Counted from the stretch's first letter, positions 29,978-40,626 are shown. The stretch: 64,000 bases of DNA from an uncultured Candidatus Saccharibacteria bacterium (GCA_964548405.1 CAZJPW010000001.1:4054-68053); one strand, 5' to 3'. The notes: a model not told the origin generated them from the sequence alone. Translations and numbers: made by a program.

Positions 29978-31720
29978 CTATTTCTTCTCTTTAATCTCTT
30001 TTTTAATCTGTTCGATGAATTTATTAATTTTAATAGGGCCAAGATCGCCCTTTTTTCTGTCTCGAACAGCAACTGTTTTTGCCTTTTGTTCTTTTTGACC
30101 AACGATTAAAAGATAAGGGATCTTTTGAAGTTCACCTTCACGGATTCTCTTACCTAGAGTTTCGCTTTCATTCTTTATTTCAGCTCTAATTCCCTGTTCT
30201 TGAAGCTGTTTTTTAATATCTTTCCCGTATTTATTAAACTTATTACCCACAGGAATAATCTGGGCTTGAACTGGAGCTAGCCAAACAGGAAAAGCCCCAG
30301 CATAATGTTCTATAAGGATACCTATAAATCTCTCAAACGATCCCATTACAGTTCTGTGTATCATAATAGGAGTTTTTTCTTTACCGTCTTTATCAGTATA
30401 TTTACAATTGAATTTTAATGGCATTTGAAAGTCTAGTTGGATAGTAGCGCATTGCCAAGTTCTGCCTATAGCATCTTCTAATTGATAGTCAATTTTTGGT
30501 CCATAAAAAGCACCGTCTTTGTCTTTTATTCCATAATTCTTGCCATAAGCTTTTTTAATAATACTTTCCAGTTGTTTTTCTGCTTTATTCCAGAATTTAA
30601 TATCACCCATATAGTCATCTGGTCGGGTTGATAAGTATGCTTTGTATTTTAGTTTGAAAGGTTTATAAATATTATCAACTAACTTGATAACTTTGTTAAT
30701 CTCTTCTTCAATTTGATCTTCTCTTAGAAAGATATGGGCATCATCTTGTTTAAATTGTTGAACTCTGAATAGTCCTCCTAATTCGCCTGATTGTTCTTTT
30801 CTGGTAATTAATCCAGGTTCAGCATATCTTAATGGTAAATCGCGATATGATTTAGGTGAATCGTTATAAATAATGATGGCTCCAGGACAATCCATTGGTC
30901 TTAGGGCGAATTTTTGTTCCTCGCCTCGGCCGCCTACAAAATACATGTCATCTTTAAAATGATCCCAATGACCTGATTTTTTCCAAGTAGATGCATCTAG
31001 CATCGAAGGAGCCAGAACAAAATCATATTCAAATTCTTTTTGGGCATCTTCCCAGAATTTTTCTAGTTCTTTGTAAATGATTGTGCCTTTAGGGTGAAAA
31101 AATGGTATTCCTTGGGCTTCTTTATGCATGGAAAACAGATCTAATGTTTTTCCTAATTTGCGATGGTCTCTTTTTTCGGCTTCTTTAACCATATCTAAAT
31201 ACTTGTCTAATTCCTTCTTGTTATTAAAAGCCACTCCATAGATTCTTTGGAGCATTTTATTTTTTTCGTCACCTTTCCAATAGGCGCCAGCTACCTTAGT
31301 CAGTTTAAAGGCATTGGGATCAATTTCTTTGGTTGATTTAACATGGGGGCCTTTGCATAAGTTTTCAAACCAGTCAGATTTGTAAAAGCTTACTTTCTTT
31401 TCGCCTGCTTTTTTTAAATCTCTTATCATTTCTGTTTTATAAGGATCTTTCTTATACAATTTCAAAGCTTTATCAAAACTTAGATCATGTTGTTCAAACT
31501 TAATGTTCTGCTGAATCAGTTTTTTGATTTGTTTTTCTATTTTAGGTAATTGTTCTAATGAAATAGATTCAGGTAGGTCATAATCTTGGTAAAAACCATT
31601 TTCTATGGATGGTCCAACGCCTAAACCAGCATCAGGATACATTTTGACAATAACCATGCTCATTAGATGCGACAAAGAGTGACGTATTTTCTCTAGTTGT
31701 AATTCTTCTTTTTTAGACAT
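29978..31720 (-). CDS. thrS: Threonyl-tRNA synthetase (no TGS domain)
   Basis: RHSLSH, CKGPH, RDHRKLG, PMDCP, AFYGPKID, MIHR. Confidence 0.97.
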   Translation of the reverse strand: MSKKEELQLEKIRHSLSHLMSMVIVKMYPDAGLGVGPSIENGFYQDYDLPESISLEQLPKIEKQIKKLIQQNIKFEQHDLSFDKALKLYKKDPYKTEMIRDLKKAGEKKVSFYKSDWFENLCKGPHVKSTKEIDPNAFKLTKVAGAYWKGDEKNKMLQRIYGVAFNNKKELDKYLDMVKEAEKRDHRKLGKTLDLFSMHKEAQGIPFFHPKGTIIYKELEKFWEDAQKEFEYDFVLAPSMLDASTWKKSGHWDHFKDDMYFVGGRGEEQKFALRPMDCPGAIIIYNDSPKSYRDLPLRYAEPGLITRKEQSGELGGLFRVQQFKQDDAHIFLREDQIEEEINKVIKLVDNIYKPFKLKYKAYLSTRPDDYMGDIKFWNKAEKQLESIIKKAYGKNYGIKDKDGAFYGPKIDYQLEDAIGRTWQCATIQLDFQMPLKFNCKYTDKDGKEKTPIMIHRTVMGSFERFIGILIEHYAGAFPVWLAPVQAQIIPVGNKFNKYGKDIKKQLQEQGIRAEIKNESETLGKRIREGELQKIPYLLIVGQKEQKAKTVAVRDRKKGDLGPIKINKFIEQIKKEIKEKK

Positions 31721-31722
31721 AT

Positions 31723-34700
31723 TTATTCTAATACCTTAACATTATCACACAGGATTTTCAAGTTTCCATCGCGATCGCTTAGTCGTCCGCTGACCAGGAC
31801 AATTTTTTCTTCCTGCCAGGCAAAGGCAGTTTGCTCCAGGGTAGCGGGGAAGACTAAAGCTTCTATCCGGCCAGTCATGTCTTCTAGTTCAACAAAAAGC
31901 ATCGGTTGTCCAGTCTTGGTATTAACTTTTTGAATCTTATTAATCACCCCTCCGATCTTTATGCGATGTCCTACTTCTTTTTTAGAAAGCGCTTTGCAAG
32001 GATAGGCAGTTCGAGCTAGTTGGTCTTGGTAGTTTTTTAGGGGATGCTCGGAGATATATAGGCCGAGCAGTTCTTTTTCCCAACTAAGTCGCTCTTTTTT
32101 ATCGGCTGGTTCGACCTCGGGTAGTTTTAAAGAGGGAATAGCTACGTTTGTTTGGCCTCCGAATAAGCTGGCTTGACCATTTTGTTTGGCTTTTTGTATT
32201 TCCCTGGCCAGGTTAAGCATCTGATCCATGCCGATTAAGAGTTGATTTCTTTCTCCAAAGTCATCCAAAGCGCCACACTTAGCCAGACTTTCTAAAGATT
32301 TTTTATTGAGGTCTTTAGATTCGACTCGCTCAATGAAATCAGCAATTGATTTGTACTGGCCATTACTTTTCCTTTCATCAACGATCGCTTCAACCACGTT
32401 ATGACCCACATTTTTGATAGCCTTAAGTCCAAAATGAATAGTTTTCTCTCCTGCTTTACTGAAGTTTTTGTCGCTTTCATTGACATTAGGTGGCAGGACT
32501 TCAAGATTCATAGTTTTACATTCATCGACCAGGAGAGCAATTCGTTCAATGTCGTTTTGTTCAGAGGTCATTAAAGCAGCCATAAATTCAGTCGGGTAAT
32601 GTGCCTTGAGGTAGGCAGTCTGGTAGCCAATTAAGGCATAGGAAGCGGCATGGGCTCGATTAAATCCGTAAAGAGCAAATGGTTCAATTGTTTTCCATAT
32701 TTTTTTAGCGACTTTTTTCTCAATTCCGTTATTAACCATGCCGTCAATCACTTTTTCTTGTTGCTCGTCAAGTAATTTTTTAATCTTTTTACCAACTGCT
32801 TTACGTAAGACGTCTGCCTCAGAAAGCGTGAACTTGGCTAAATCGCGAGCGATTCTCATAAGTTGTTCTTGGTAAACCATTATGCCATAAGTATTTTCTA
32901 AAATTGGCTTTAAGTCAGGATGAAGATATTTAACTTCTTTTAAACCGTGCTTACGGGCAATGAATTCCGGGATGAATTCTATTGGTCCGGGCCGATAAAG
33001 GGAGACCATAGCGATTAAGTCTTCAAACTCGGTTGGCTTAAGCTGTTTAAGGTATCTTTTAAATCCTTGAGATTCAAACTGGAAGACACCGGTGGTGTTT
33101 CCTTGTTGGAATAGCTCAAAGCTTTTTTTGTCTGTTAAAGGTAGATTAGGTAAATCAATTTCTTTATTAGATAACTCCTTGATAGTGTTGATCGTGTTTT
33201 GGATGACGGTCAGAGTTTTTAATCCTAAGAAATCCATTTTTAATAGTCCCAGGGCTTCGATTGAACGCATTTCGTATTGGGTGACGATTGTTTCATCGCT
33301 CTGGCTTGGATATTGGGTAGGGACAGTCAAATCAAGCGGTTCTTTGGTAATAACTACACCACAAGCATGAGTTGAGACATGGCGAGCTACTCCTTCTAAT
33401 TTCATAGCCATATCGATTAATCTTTTAGTATTATCATCTGATTCGTATGACTGCTTCAGTTCCGGTGATTCATTAATGGCTTTTTCTAGGTTAGAGCCAA
33501 AAGGAACCATTTTAGCTATTTGGTCGCAGAAATTGTATGCATAATCTAGAGCCCTACCTACGTCGCGGATGGCTCCCCGGGCAGCCATAGTTCCAAAGGT
33601 AATGATTTGGGCAACATGGTCATGGCCGTATTTTTTGGAGACATATTCAATTACTTCATCTCTTCGGTCATCAGCAAAGTCTAAGTCAATGTCCGGCATT
33701 GAGATACGTTCTTTATTAATAAAGCGTTCAAAGAGTAAGTCATATTTCAAAGGGTCAATATCTGTTACATTTAAAAGATAAGCAACTATTGATCCGGCAG
33801 CTGATCCGCGGCCTGGACCAACAACAATCCCTTCATTTTTGGCCCAGTTGACAAAATCCTGGACGATCAGGAAATATGAGGCAAAACCAGTTTCTTTAAT
33901 TGCTCCCAGTTCGTGATCAAGTCTTTGTAATACTTCATTCAAAGGTTTTTCGAATTGGCGGTTTTTTAATCCTTGTTGGCAGAGTTCTTTTAAGTATTCA
34001 TCTAGAGTCTTGTTATCAGGCACTTCAAAATGAGGTAAATGGTATGTTTCTAAGTCAAATTGGAAATCGCACTGTTCGGTGATCTTCTGGGTATTAGTGA
34101 TTGCCTCCGGTATCTGTTCGAAATCTTTAATCATTTGTTCAGTTGACCTCAGGGAAAAGTCATCTGCTTTCATGGTTAGTCTTTCTTGGTCTTCAACTCT
34201 TTTATCTGTTTGGATGCTCATTAAGACGTCTTGGGCTTCGTTATCCTCTGATTTGACATAGTGGGCATCATTAGTGGCCACTAAAGGAATATTGTGTTTT
34301 TTGGCAATTTCAATAATTTCCTTATTAGCCTGATCTTGTCCGGTTAAGTTGGGATGATGTTGAATTTCTAGATAAAAGTTGCCCGGACCGAAGATTTTCT
34401 GATATTCCAAGGCCAGTTTTTCTGCTTGGTCGGGTTTTCCCTTAAGAATAGCTTGGGGAATTTCGCCCGCCAAACAAGCAGATAGGCCAATTAGGCCAGC
34501 GCTGTGTTTTTTAAGTAGTTTTTTGTCAATTCGGGGTTTGTAATAGAATCCTTCTAAATAGGCTTTAGTGGTTAATTTTATTAAATTCTTGTAACCCTCT
34601 TCATTTTTAACTAAAAGCACTAAGTGAAAACGCTTATTATCAATATTGGGCCTTTTTTGATGCATACTATTTGGTGTAACGTATGCTTCAGAGCCTAAAA

Positions 34701-34884
34701 TTGGCTTCATACCTCTTTTTTTAGCTTCTCGATAGAATTCAACCAGGCCGTACATGGAGCCGTGATCAGTTAAAGCGATTGAAGGCATTTTCAATTCTTG
34801 GCAAGCATCCAAAATCTGGCCAATTTTAGCCAGACCGTCTAAGAGGGAATAATGAGAGTGAACATGTAAGTGAGTAAACTTCAT
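31723..34884 (-). CDS. dnaE: DNA polymerase III alpha subunit
   Basis: HLHVHSHYSLLDG, GPGRGSAAGS, PDIDLD, FNRAH. Confidence 0.98.
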   Translation of the reverse strand: MKFTHLHVHSHYSLLDGLAKIGQILDACQELKMPSIALTDHGSMYGLVEFYREAKKRGMKPILGSEAYVTPNSMHQKRPNIDNKRFHLVLLVKNEEGYKNLIKLTTKAYLEGFYYKPRIDKKLLKKHSAGLIGLSACLAGEIPQAILKGKPDQAEKLALEYQKIFGPGNFYLEIQHHPNLTGQDQANKEIIEIAKKHNIPLVATNDAHYVKSEDNEAQDVLMSIQTDKRVEDQERLTMKADDFSLRSTEQMIKDFEQIPEAITNTQKITEQCDFQFDLETYHLPHFEVPDNKTLDEYLKELCQQGLKNRQFEKPLNEVLQRLDHELGAIKETGFASYFLIVQDFVNWAKNEGIVVGPGRGSAAGSIVAYLLNVTDIDPLKYDLLFERFINKERISMPDIDLDFADDRRDEVIEYVSKKYGHDHVAQIITFGTMAARGAIRDVGRALDYAYNFCDQIAKMVPFGSNLEKAINESPELKQSYESDDNTKRLIDMAMKLEGVARHVSTHACGVVITKEPLDLTVPTQYPSQSDETIVTQYEMRSIEALGLLKMDFLGLKTLTVIQNTINTIKELSNKEIDLPNLPLTDKKSFELFQQGNTTGVFQFESQGFKRYLKQLKPTEFEDLIAMVSLYRPGPIEFIPEFIARKHGLKEVKYLHPDLKPILENTYGIMVYQEQLMRIARDLAKFTLSEADVLRKAVGKKIKKLLDEQQEKVIDGMVNNGIEKKVAKKIWKTIEPFALYGFNRAHAASYALIGYQTAYLKAHYPTEFMAALMTSEQNDIERIALLVDECKTMNLEVLPPNVNESDKNFSKAGEKTIHFGLKAIKNVGHNVVEAIVDERKSNGQYKSIADFIERVESKDLNKKSLESLAKCGALDDFGERNQLLIGMDQMLNLAREIQKAKQNGQASLFGGQTNVAIPSLKLPEVEPADKKERLSWEKELLGLYISEHPLKNYQDQLARTAYPCKALSKKEVGHRIKIGGVINKIQKVNTKTGQPMLFVELEDMTGRIEALVFPATLEQTAFAWQEEKIVLVSGRLSDRDGNLKILCDNVKVLE

Positions 34885-35011
34885 GAGCGTATTATATCAC
34901 TTTATAAAATGGAGTAAACCTTGACAGAATGTGTGGGTATGGTATTAATATTCTATCTATGTCGTATGAGACATAGAAATAAAAGAGGCTAAGCCTCAAG
35001 AGGAGGGAAAC

Positions 35012-35443
35012 ATGTATAAGCCGAAGATAAGTATCGATTTATTTTCTAGTACTGGAGTTATGGGTCGGAGCGGTGAGCCTACTTTAATCCAAATAGGTCA
35101 AGTGTTCCAAGGTTGTCTTTTAGCCTTTGAACAGCTCGGTCAAGTGGTGAGAATATTGGAGGTGATTAGGGTGACGTTCAAGTATCCCTCACGAGATTCC
35201 AATCTACATGCTTATTTAAAGGTGGTTTTAGCTGAACCGGGTAATCGAGATAGAAAGTTTGAAATGTCTCCTTTAGATGAAATATCGGTTGGTGATTACC
35301 CTGATGCTTTTTTTGTTCCTAAACAAATCGCTCATAATCTCATATTTTGGATAAAGAAAACGATTGGATACAAAATTACGAGCAAACAAAATAATTTGGA
35401 GGAAATGAAAAAGATACTATCATCTGTTTCTATTAAAGAATAA
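35012..35443 (+). CDS. Hypothetical protein
   Basis: 143-aa ORF with GAGGAGG SD, upstream TTGACA and downstream terminator. Confidence 0.6.
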   Translation: MYKPKISIDLFSSTGVMGRSGEPTLIQIGQVFQGCLLAFEQLGQVVRILEVIRVTFKYPSRDSNLHAYLKVVLAEPGNRDRKFEMSPLDEISVGDYPDAFFVPKQIAHNLIFWIKKTIGYKITSKQNNLEEMKKILSSVSIKE

Positions 35444-35454
35444 CGAATCAACAG

Positions 35455-35489
35455 GATGCCGGGGCGGCAATATCGTCTCGGTATCTTTT
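35455..35489 (+). terminator. Intrinsic terminator
   Basis: GATGCCGGGGCGG-CAAT..TCGTCTCGGTATC then T tract. Confidence 0.6.
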
Positions 35490-35585
35490 AATTTTACCTT
35501 GAAAAATATTCTTTTGCTGTTATACTAGCGATTAGGTTATATCATAGAACATTAAATTATTAATACATATATATGGAGGTGATTC

Positions 35586-36266
35586 GTGGAAAATATAATA
35601 AAGGAGTTAGTTGATGGATCGGAATTGAGCCACAACGAAATTGTTTTTCTGGCTGGAGCCGCTTCTCATACTTATCTTATGAGCTTGATTAGAGGAAAAA
35701 TTAATACTCCTAGAAGACAAAAGCTTATAAACTTGGGTATGGCTTTGAATCTAAGTATGGAGGAACTTGAAAAATTGTTATTAAGGTATAACTATCGGGA
35801 CATAACAGGAAATCAACGTGATGTCGATGCTTTGATAACTTGGGCTGGGCTAAGATAAATCAGCGGATTCCAGGCTATGAAAGAGGGATTGAATTGTGAA
35901 CTTTCAATGATGTCTTTTGATATGGTTCCGGGAAATTGGGTCTTAGTTGGTGATTTGTCAGATATGTATACGCCGATTATTCAAGTTGATCCTTCTAATC
36001 TAGTAGACTCTCTTATTCAAAGCATCCGTAAAGAGAGATTGAAAGTTGTTGAACGGATGTTGAAAGAATATTCGATGACAGAATTACCCAATGATAGTTT
36101 AGTTTTTGGAATCAAGTTTAGCAGGAGAAATAAATTTCTTTTCTTTGTTGGTCGGTCAATTCATAGTTCATCACATGGCGCCTTAAAAGGATTTATAACC
36201 GATAAAGGGAAAATTATTGATCATTTTTTGGCAGAGGCAGAAAGAATTAAGTCTTTAATTTCTTGA
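35586..36266 (+). pseudogene. HTH-domain protein split by one in-frame TAA (ORFs 35586-35858 and 35877-36266)
   Basis: Both ORFs share a frame (offset 291 nt); only the first has an SD (GGAGGTG); Xre-like HTH in the first half. Confidence 0.55.
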
Positions 36267-36277
36267 TAAATCTTTCG

Positions 36278-36310
36278 GACTGCGGGTAACAATGTTGCTC
36301 GCAGTTTTTT
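36278..36310 (+). terminator. Intrinsic terminator
   Basis: GACTGCGGGTAAC-AAT-GTTGCTCGCAGTT then T tract. Confidence 0.7.
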
Positions 36311-36319
36311 AATTTTAGC

Positions 36320-36348
36320 TTGAAAATGACTAATTTAACCGCTATACT
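36320..36348 (+). promoter_or_regulatory. Promoter for ligA operon, near-leaderless
   Basis: TTGAAA, 17 bp, TATACT, ATG 8 nt later. Confidence 0.6.
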
Positions 36349-36356
36349 ACATATAT

Positions 36357-38333
36357 ATGGATAAATCAGCTGCCAAGAAACGAATAGCTAAATTAAGTGA
36401 TGTAATTAGATCTCATAATTACAAGTATCATGTTTTGGATAAGCCGGAAATCAATGATGCTGCTTTTGATTCTTTAAAACATGAGCTTTCTAAATTGGAA
36501 GAAGAGTATCCTGATTTGGTTACTTTAGATTCGCCGACTCAAAGAGTTAATGGACAAGCCTTAGATAAGTTTGAAAAAGTAAAGCATAAGAAAAGGATGC
36601 TTTCTTTAGAGGATGTCTTCTATTTCAAAGAACTAGAGTCGTGGCAGGAAAGAATTCAGAAATTGGTTCCTTCAACTAAGCTGGAATATTTTGCAGAATT
36701 AAAAATAGATGGTTTTGCTGTATCTTTAATTTACAAGGATGGAATTTTTGTTAGGGGAGCAACTCGAGGTGATGGAATAATTGGTGAAGATGTCACTCAG
36801 AATTTAAAAACAATTAACTCTATTCCTTTGAAATTAGAAACAAGTAAAAAAGAAGTAGAAATTCGGGGCGAGGTATATATGACTAAATCTACTTTTGAAG
36901 CGATTAATCAGGAGAGAAAAGAGCAGAAGTTATCTCTTTATGCTAATCCTAGAAATACAGCGGCCGGCAGCATTCGTCAGCTTGATCCTAAGATTGCCGC
37001 CTCTCGTAAGCTAGAGTTTTTAGCCTATGATATTGTTACTGATTTAGGGCAAAAAACCCACCAACAAGAGCATCAGATTTTGCGTGATTTAAAATTTAGA
37101 ACCAGCAAGGAACAAGACTGTAGTAATATTAAACAAGTGGCTGAATTCAGAGAAAAGATTAAAAGAATTAGGAAAAGATTGGCCTATCAGATTGATGGTT
37201 TGGTGATTAAGGTTGATAATAATAGGGTTTTTGAAAAGCTAGGCGTGGTTGGTAAAGCGCCTCGGGGTGCTATTGCTTATAAATTCCCGGCTAAAGAATC
37301 AGCTTCAGTAGTTAAAAATATTGTAATTCAGGTGGGCCGGACGGGCGCTTTAACTCCAGTAGCTGTTTTAAAGCCAGTAAACATAGGCGGCACTCTGGTT
37401 ACTCGAGCTACTTTACATAATGCAGATGAAATCAAAAGATTAGATGTCAGAATTGGTGATACAGTTATTATCCAGCGGGCCGGCGATGTTATTCCTGATG
37501 TGGTTAAAGTTGTTAAAGAATTAAGAACAGGCCATGAAAAGAAGTTCATTATGCCCAAGAAATGTCCGGCTTGTGGGGGCGGAGTTATTAGACCCAAAGG
37601 AGAAGTAGTCTATCGTTGCGCTAACAAAGAATGTGGCTTAATCAGGGAAAAGGGAATTATCCATTTTGTTTCTAAAAAAGGCTTTAATATTGATGGATTG
37701 GGTCCTCGAATTATTAATCAATTAATGGATCAAGGATTAATTTCCAACGTGGCTGACCTATTTTCTTTGGATCAGGGTGATTTAGTTCCTTTAGAGCGTT
37801 TTGCAGAAAAATCAGCTCTTAATTTAGTTGAAGCAGTTGAACAAAGCAAAAAGATTTCTTTAGATAGATTTATTTATGCTTTGGGTATCCGTCATGTGGG
37901 CGAGGAAACAGCTATTGCTTTAGCTCAGCATTTCGGCAGCTTAAAAAAGTTAACCAGGGCAAGTCAAGACAGGTTGGCTGGAATTGAAGATGTCGGCCAA
38001 ATAGTTGCCCAAAGCATCATTAAATGGTTTAATAGTAAAAGAAACACGGCTTTGATTGATAGTTTAATTAAAAATGGGGTTGTCATTAAAAAAGTTAAGG
38101 CTTTTGAAAGAAAATTAACTGGTCAGAGTTTTGTTTTGACTGGTGAGTTGGATTCATATACTAGAGAAGAGGCCAAAACCAAGATTAGACAATTGGGCGG
38201 AGAAGTTCCTAATTCAGTTTCTAAACAGACAGACTATCTCATTACTGGAAAGAATCCCGGTTCTAAATATGCCAAAGCTAAAAAATTGGGTCTTAAGATT
38301 ATTAGCGAAAAAGAATTTTTAGAAATCTTATGA
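36357..38333 (+). CDS. ligA: NAD-dependent DNA ligase
   Basis: ELKIDG, TRGDG, NPRN, GRTG, zinc finger region, BRCT. Confidence 0.97.
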   Translation: MDKSAAKKRIAKLSDVIRSHNYKYHVLDKPEINDAAFDSLKHELSKLEEEYPDLVTLDSPTQRVNGQALDKFEKVKHKKRMLSLEDVFYFKELESWQERIQKLVPSTKLEYFAELKIDGFAVSLIYKDGIFVRGATRGDGIIGEDVTQNLKTINSIPLKLETSKKEVEIRGEVYMTKSTFEAINQERKEQKLSLYANPRNTAAGSIRQLDPKIAASRKLEFLAYDIVTDLGQKTHQQEHQILRDLKFRTSKEQDCSNIKQVAEFREKIKRIRKRLAYQIDGLVIKVDNNRVFEKLGVVGKAPRGAIAYKFPAKESASVVKNIVIQVGRTGALTPVAVLKPVNIGGTLVTRATLHNADEIKRLDVRIGDTVIIQRAGDVIPDVVKVVKELRTGHEKKFIMPKKCPACGGGVIRPKGEVVYRCANKECGLIREKGIIHFVSKKGFNIDGLGPRIINQLMDQGLISNVADLFSLDQGDLVPLERFAEKSALNLVEAVEQSKKISLDRFIYALGIRHVGEETAIALAQHFGSLKKLTRASQDRLAGIEDVGQIVAQSIIKWFNSKRNTALIDSLIKNGVVIKKVKAFERKLTGQSFVLTGELDSYTREEAKTKIRQLGGEVPNSVSKQTDYLITGKNPGSKYAKAKKLGLKIISEKEFLEIL

Positions 38334-38617
38334 TATCAAAAAAAGAAGTTGAATATGTGGCTAAGTTAGCCCGTTTAGGATTAACCGAGAAAGAGAAGGT
38401 AAAATTTACCAAAGATCTCTCGGCTATTTTGGATTTTGTTAAAAAATTAGACGAGGTTAAAACAGACAAGGTTGAACCAACTGCCCAGGTAACCGGTTTG
38501 GAGAATGTAACTAGAAAAGATAAAGGAAGGAAAAAGACTAAGAAAGAAACAGATAGGCTATTAGATCTAGCTCCGGATGTCGAAGACAGGCATCTTAAAG
38601 TAAAGGCGGTTTTGTAA
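38330..38617 (+). CDS. gatC: Asp/Glu-tRNA amidotransferase subunit C
   Basis: VAKLARL; precedes gatA. Confidence 0.93.
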   Translation: MISKKEVEYVAKLARLGLTEKEKVKFTKDLSAILDFVKKLDEVKTDKVEPTAQVTGLENVTRKDKGRKKTKKETDRLLDLAPDVEDRHLKVKAVL

Positions 38618-38620
38618 TAT

Positions 38621-40039
38621 ATGAAATTGAATCAATTAGACATTAAAAAAGCCCATCAGGGTTTAAAAAACAAGGAGTTTTCTTCAGTTGAATTAACTGA
38701 AGTTGTTTTAGACAGGATTAAGAACCGCAATCAGGAAATTAATTCCTTTTTAACTGTTATTGAAGAATCAGCTTTAAGTCAGGCTAAGAGGGTTGATAAT
38801 AGGATAGCTAATAGAGAAGAAATTGGTCTTTTAGAAGGTATTCCTGTAGCAGTTAAAGATGCTATTCTAATTGAAGGGGTTAGATGTACAGCTGGCTCCA
38901 AAATCCTTGAAAACTACATTGCTCCTTATGACGCTACAGCTATTAAAAAATTAAGAAAAGCGGGGGCTGTTTTTGTCGGTAAAACTAATCTAGATGAATT
39001 TACGATGGGTGGTTCTGGGGAAAACTCTGCTTTTGGTCCGACTAAGAATCCCTATAATTTAGAAAGGGTGCCGGGTGGCAGTTCCAGTGGCTCAGCAGCT
39101 GCCGTATCTGACGATCAGTGTATTTATGCTTTAGGTTCAGATACAGGCGGCTCTATTCGCCAGCCAGCCTCTATGTGTGGGATTGTTGGTTTAAAAACAA
39201 CTTATGGAAGAGTTTCTCGTTATGGGTTAATGGCTCATGCTTCATCCTTGGATCAAATTGGTCCAATAACTAAAACATCTGAAGATGCTAGGATAGTTTT
39301 TAATCTGATTAAAGGCAAAGATGAAAAAGATGCCACTAGTATGGATTCAAAAAATGGAGAGTCTCAGATGAATATCAAGGATTTAAAGATTGGGGTGCCT
39401 AAGGAATATTTTGTTGAAGGGATTGATCCTCAAGTGGAAAAAATAGTCAGAAAGGCTATTGATAAATATGAGGAAATGGGCGCCAAGGTTACAGAAGTTA
39501 GTTTACCTCATACGGAATATGCCGTACCATGTTACTATATCATTGTGCCAGCTGAGATTTCAGCTAATCTAGCCCGTTACGACGGAATCAAGTATGGCTT
39601 ATCTGAAAAAGGCCAGGACCTTTTACAAGGATATTTAAAAACTAAGCAAAAAGGATTTGGCGACGAAGTGACTAGAAGAATTATGACTGGGACATATGTT
39701 TTATCAGCTGGCTACTACGATGCATATTATCTTAAAGCTCAGAAAGTCAGAACTTTGATTAAGCGGGATTTTGATAAAGCCTTTGAAAAAGTTGATGTTT
39801 TAATGACACCGACTTCTCCTGTACCTGCTTTTAAAATAGGGGAGAAAGCAGATGATCCGGTTTCAATGTATTTAGCTGATGTTTATACGGTTTCTGCTAA
39901 TTTAGCTGGTATTTGCGGTGTTTCTATTCCGGTGGGTAAAATGGGCAAGCTGCCAGTTGGTCTTCAAATCTTAGGTAATCAATTTGATGATCATAAAATA
40001 CTTCAAGTAGCTAAAATATATGAGGACAGCAATAATTGA
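38621..40039 (+). CDS. gatA: Asp/Glu-tRNA amidotransferase subunit A
   Basis: PGGSSSGS, GSDTGGSIRQPA, NLARYDG. Confidence 0.97.
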   Translation: MKLNQLDIKKAHQGLKNKEFSSVELTEVVLDRIKNRNQEINSFLTVIEESALSQAKRVDNRIANREEIGLLEGIPVAVKDAILIEGVRCTAGSKILENYIAPYDATAIKKLRKAGAVFVGKTNLDEFTMGGSGENSAFGPTKNPYNLERVPGGSSSGSAAAVSDDQCIYALGSDTGGSIRQPASMCGIVGLKTTYGRVSRYGLMAHASSLDQIGPITKTSEDARIVFNLIKGKDEKDATSMDSKNGESQMNIKDLKIGVPKEYFVEGIDPQVEKIVRKAIDKYEEMGAKVTEVSLPHTEYAVPCYYIIVPAEISANLARYDGIKYGLSEKGQDLLQGYLKTKQKGFGDEVTRRIMTGTYVLSAGYYDAYYLKAQKVRTLIKRDFDKAFEKVDVLMTPTSPVPAFKIGEKADDPVSMYLADVYTVSANLAGICGVSIPVGKMGKLPVGLQILGNQFDDHKILQVAKIYEDSNN

Positions 40040-40553
40040 ATTTTTTGAAAATCTTTCGCAAGGTTTCGCAGCCACTGACTGGGCAAGTGTTTTTTTGCCT
40101 GTTAAAATCATTTCAGCTAGTCTTTCAGTTGGTTTTATTGTAATTATTATCTATCTAATCTTTTTAATTAGAGAAGATATTGAAAAGTTTTTAGCCACTT
40201 TATTAGACAAGACTGATCTTCCAGAAGGACCTCAGAGAATTTCTCTTGAAGGCTGGCAATCAGTCTTGGATAAACTAAATAGCGGGGACGAAGCTAACTT
40301 TAAATTGGCCGTCATTGAAGCAGATAAGCTTTTTGATGATTTACTTAAGAGAAGCGGTTATCAAGGCGATGATATGGGTGAACGGCTCAGACAGATTACC
40401 CCAGAGCAATTGTCTAACATTGACGAAGTTTGGCAGGCTCATAAGATGAGGAATCGCTTAGTTCATGAGCCCGATTTCCAGTTAAGAGAACATGAGGCTA
40501 AAAGAATCATTGAGATTTACCAAAAAGCCTTCCAGAATTTAGAAGCGCTTTAA
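40020..40553 (+). CDS. Hypothetical membrane-anchored helical protein
   Basis: One TM, AVIEADKL..MGERL..AHKMRNRLVH. Confidence 0.7.
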   Translation: MRTAIIEFFENLSQGFAATDWASVFLPVKIISASLSVGFIVIIIYLIFLIREDIEKFLATLLDKTDLPEGPQRISLEGWQSVLDKLNSGDEANFKLAVIEADKLFDDLLKRSGYQGDDMGERLRQITPEQLSNIDEVWQAHKMRNRLVHEPDFQLREHEAKRIIEIYQKAFQNLEAL

Positions 40554-40596
40554 TATTTTTTAAAAATAAAAAGCCATGACTAGGGCTTTATAGAGG

Positions 40597-40620
40597 ACAG
40601 CCTGACCGGAGTCAGGCTGT
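40597..40620. terminator. Perfect hairpin between convergent genes
   Basis: ACAGCCTGAC-CGGA-GTCAGGCTGT. Confidence 0.6.
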
Positions 40621-40626
40621 TTCCGT

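Noticed and set aside
34951-34998. Two small hairpins upstream of ORF 35012 as a riboswitch
   Set aside because: No recognisable aptamer consensus; too short to support a call
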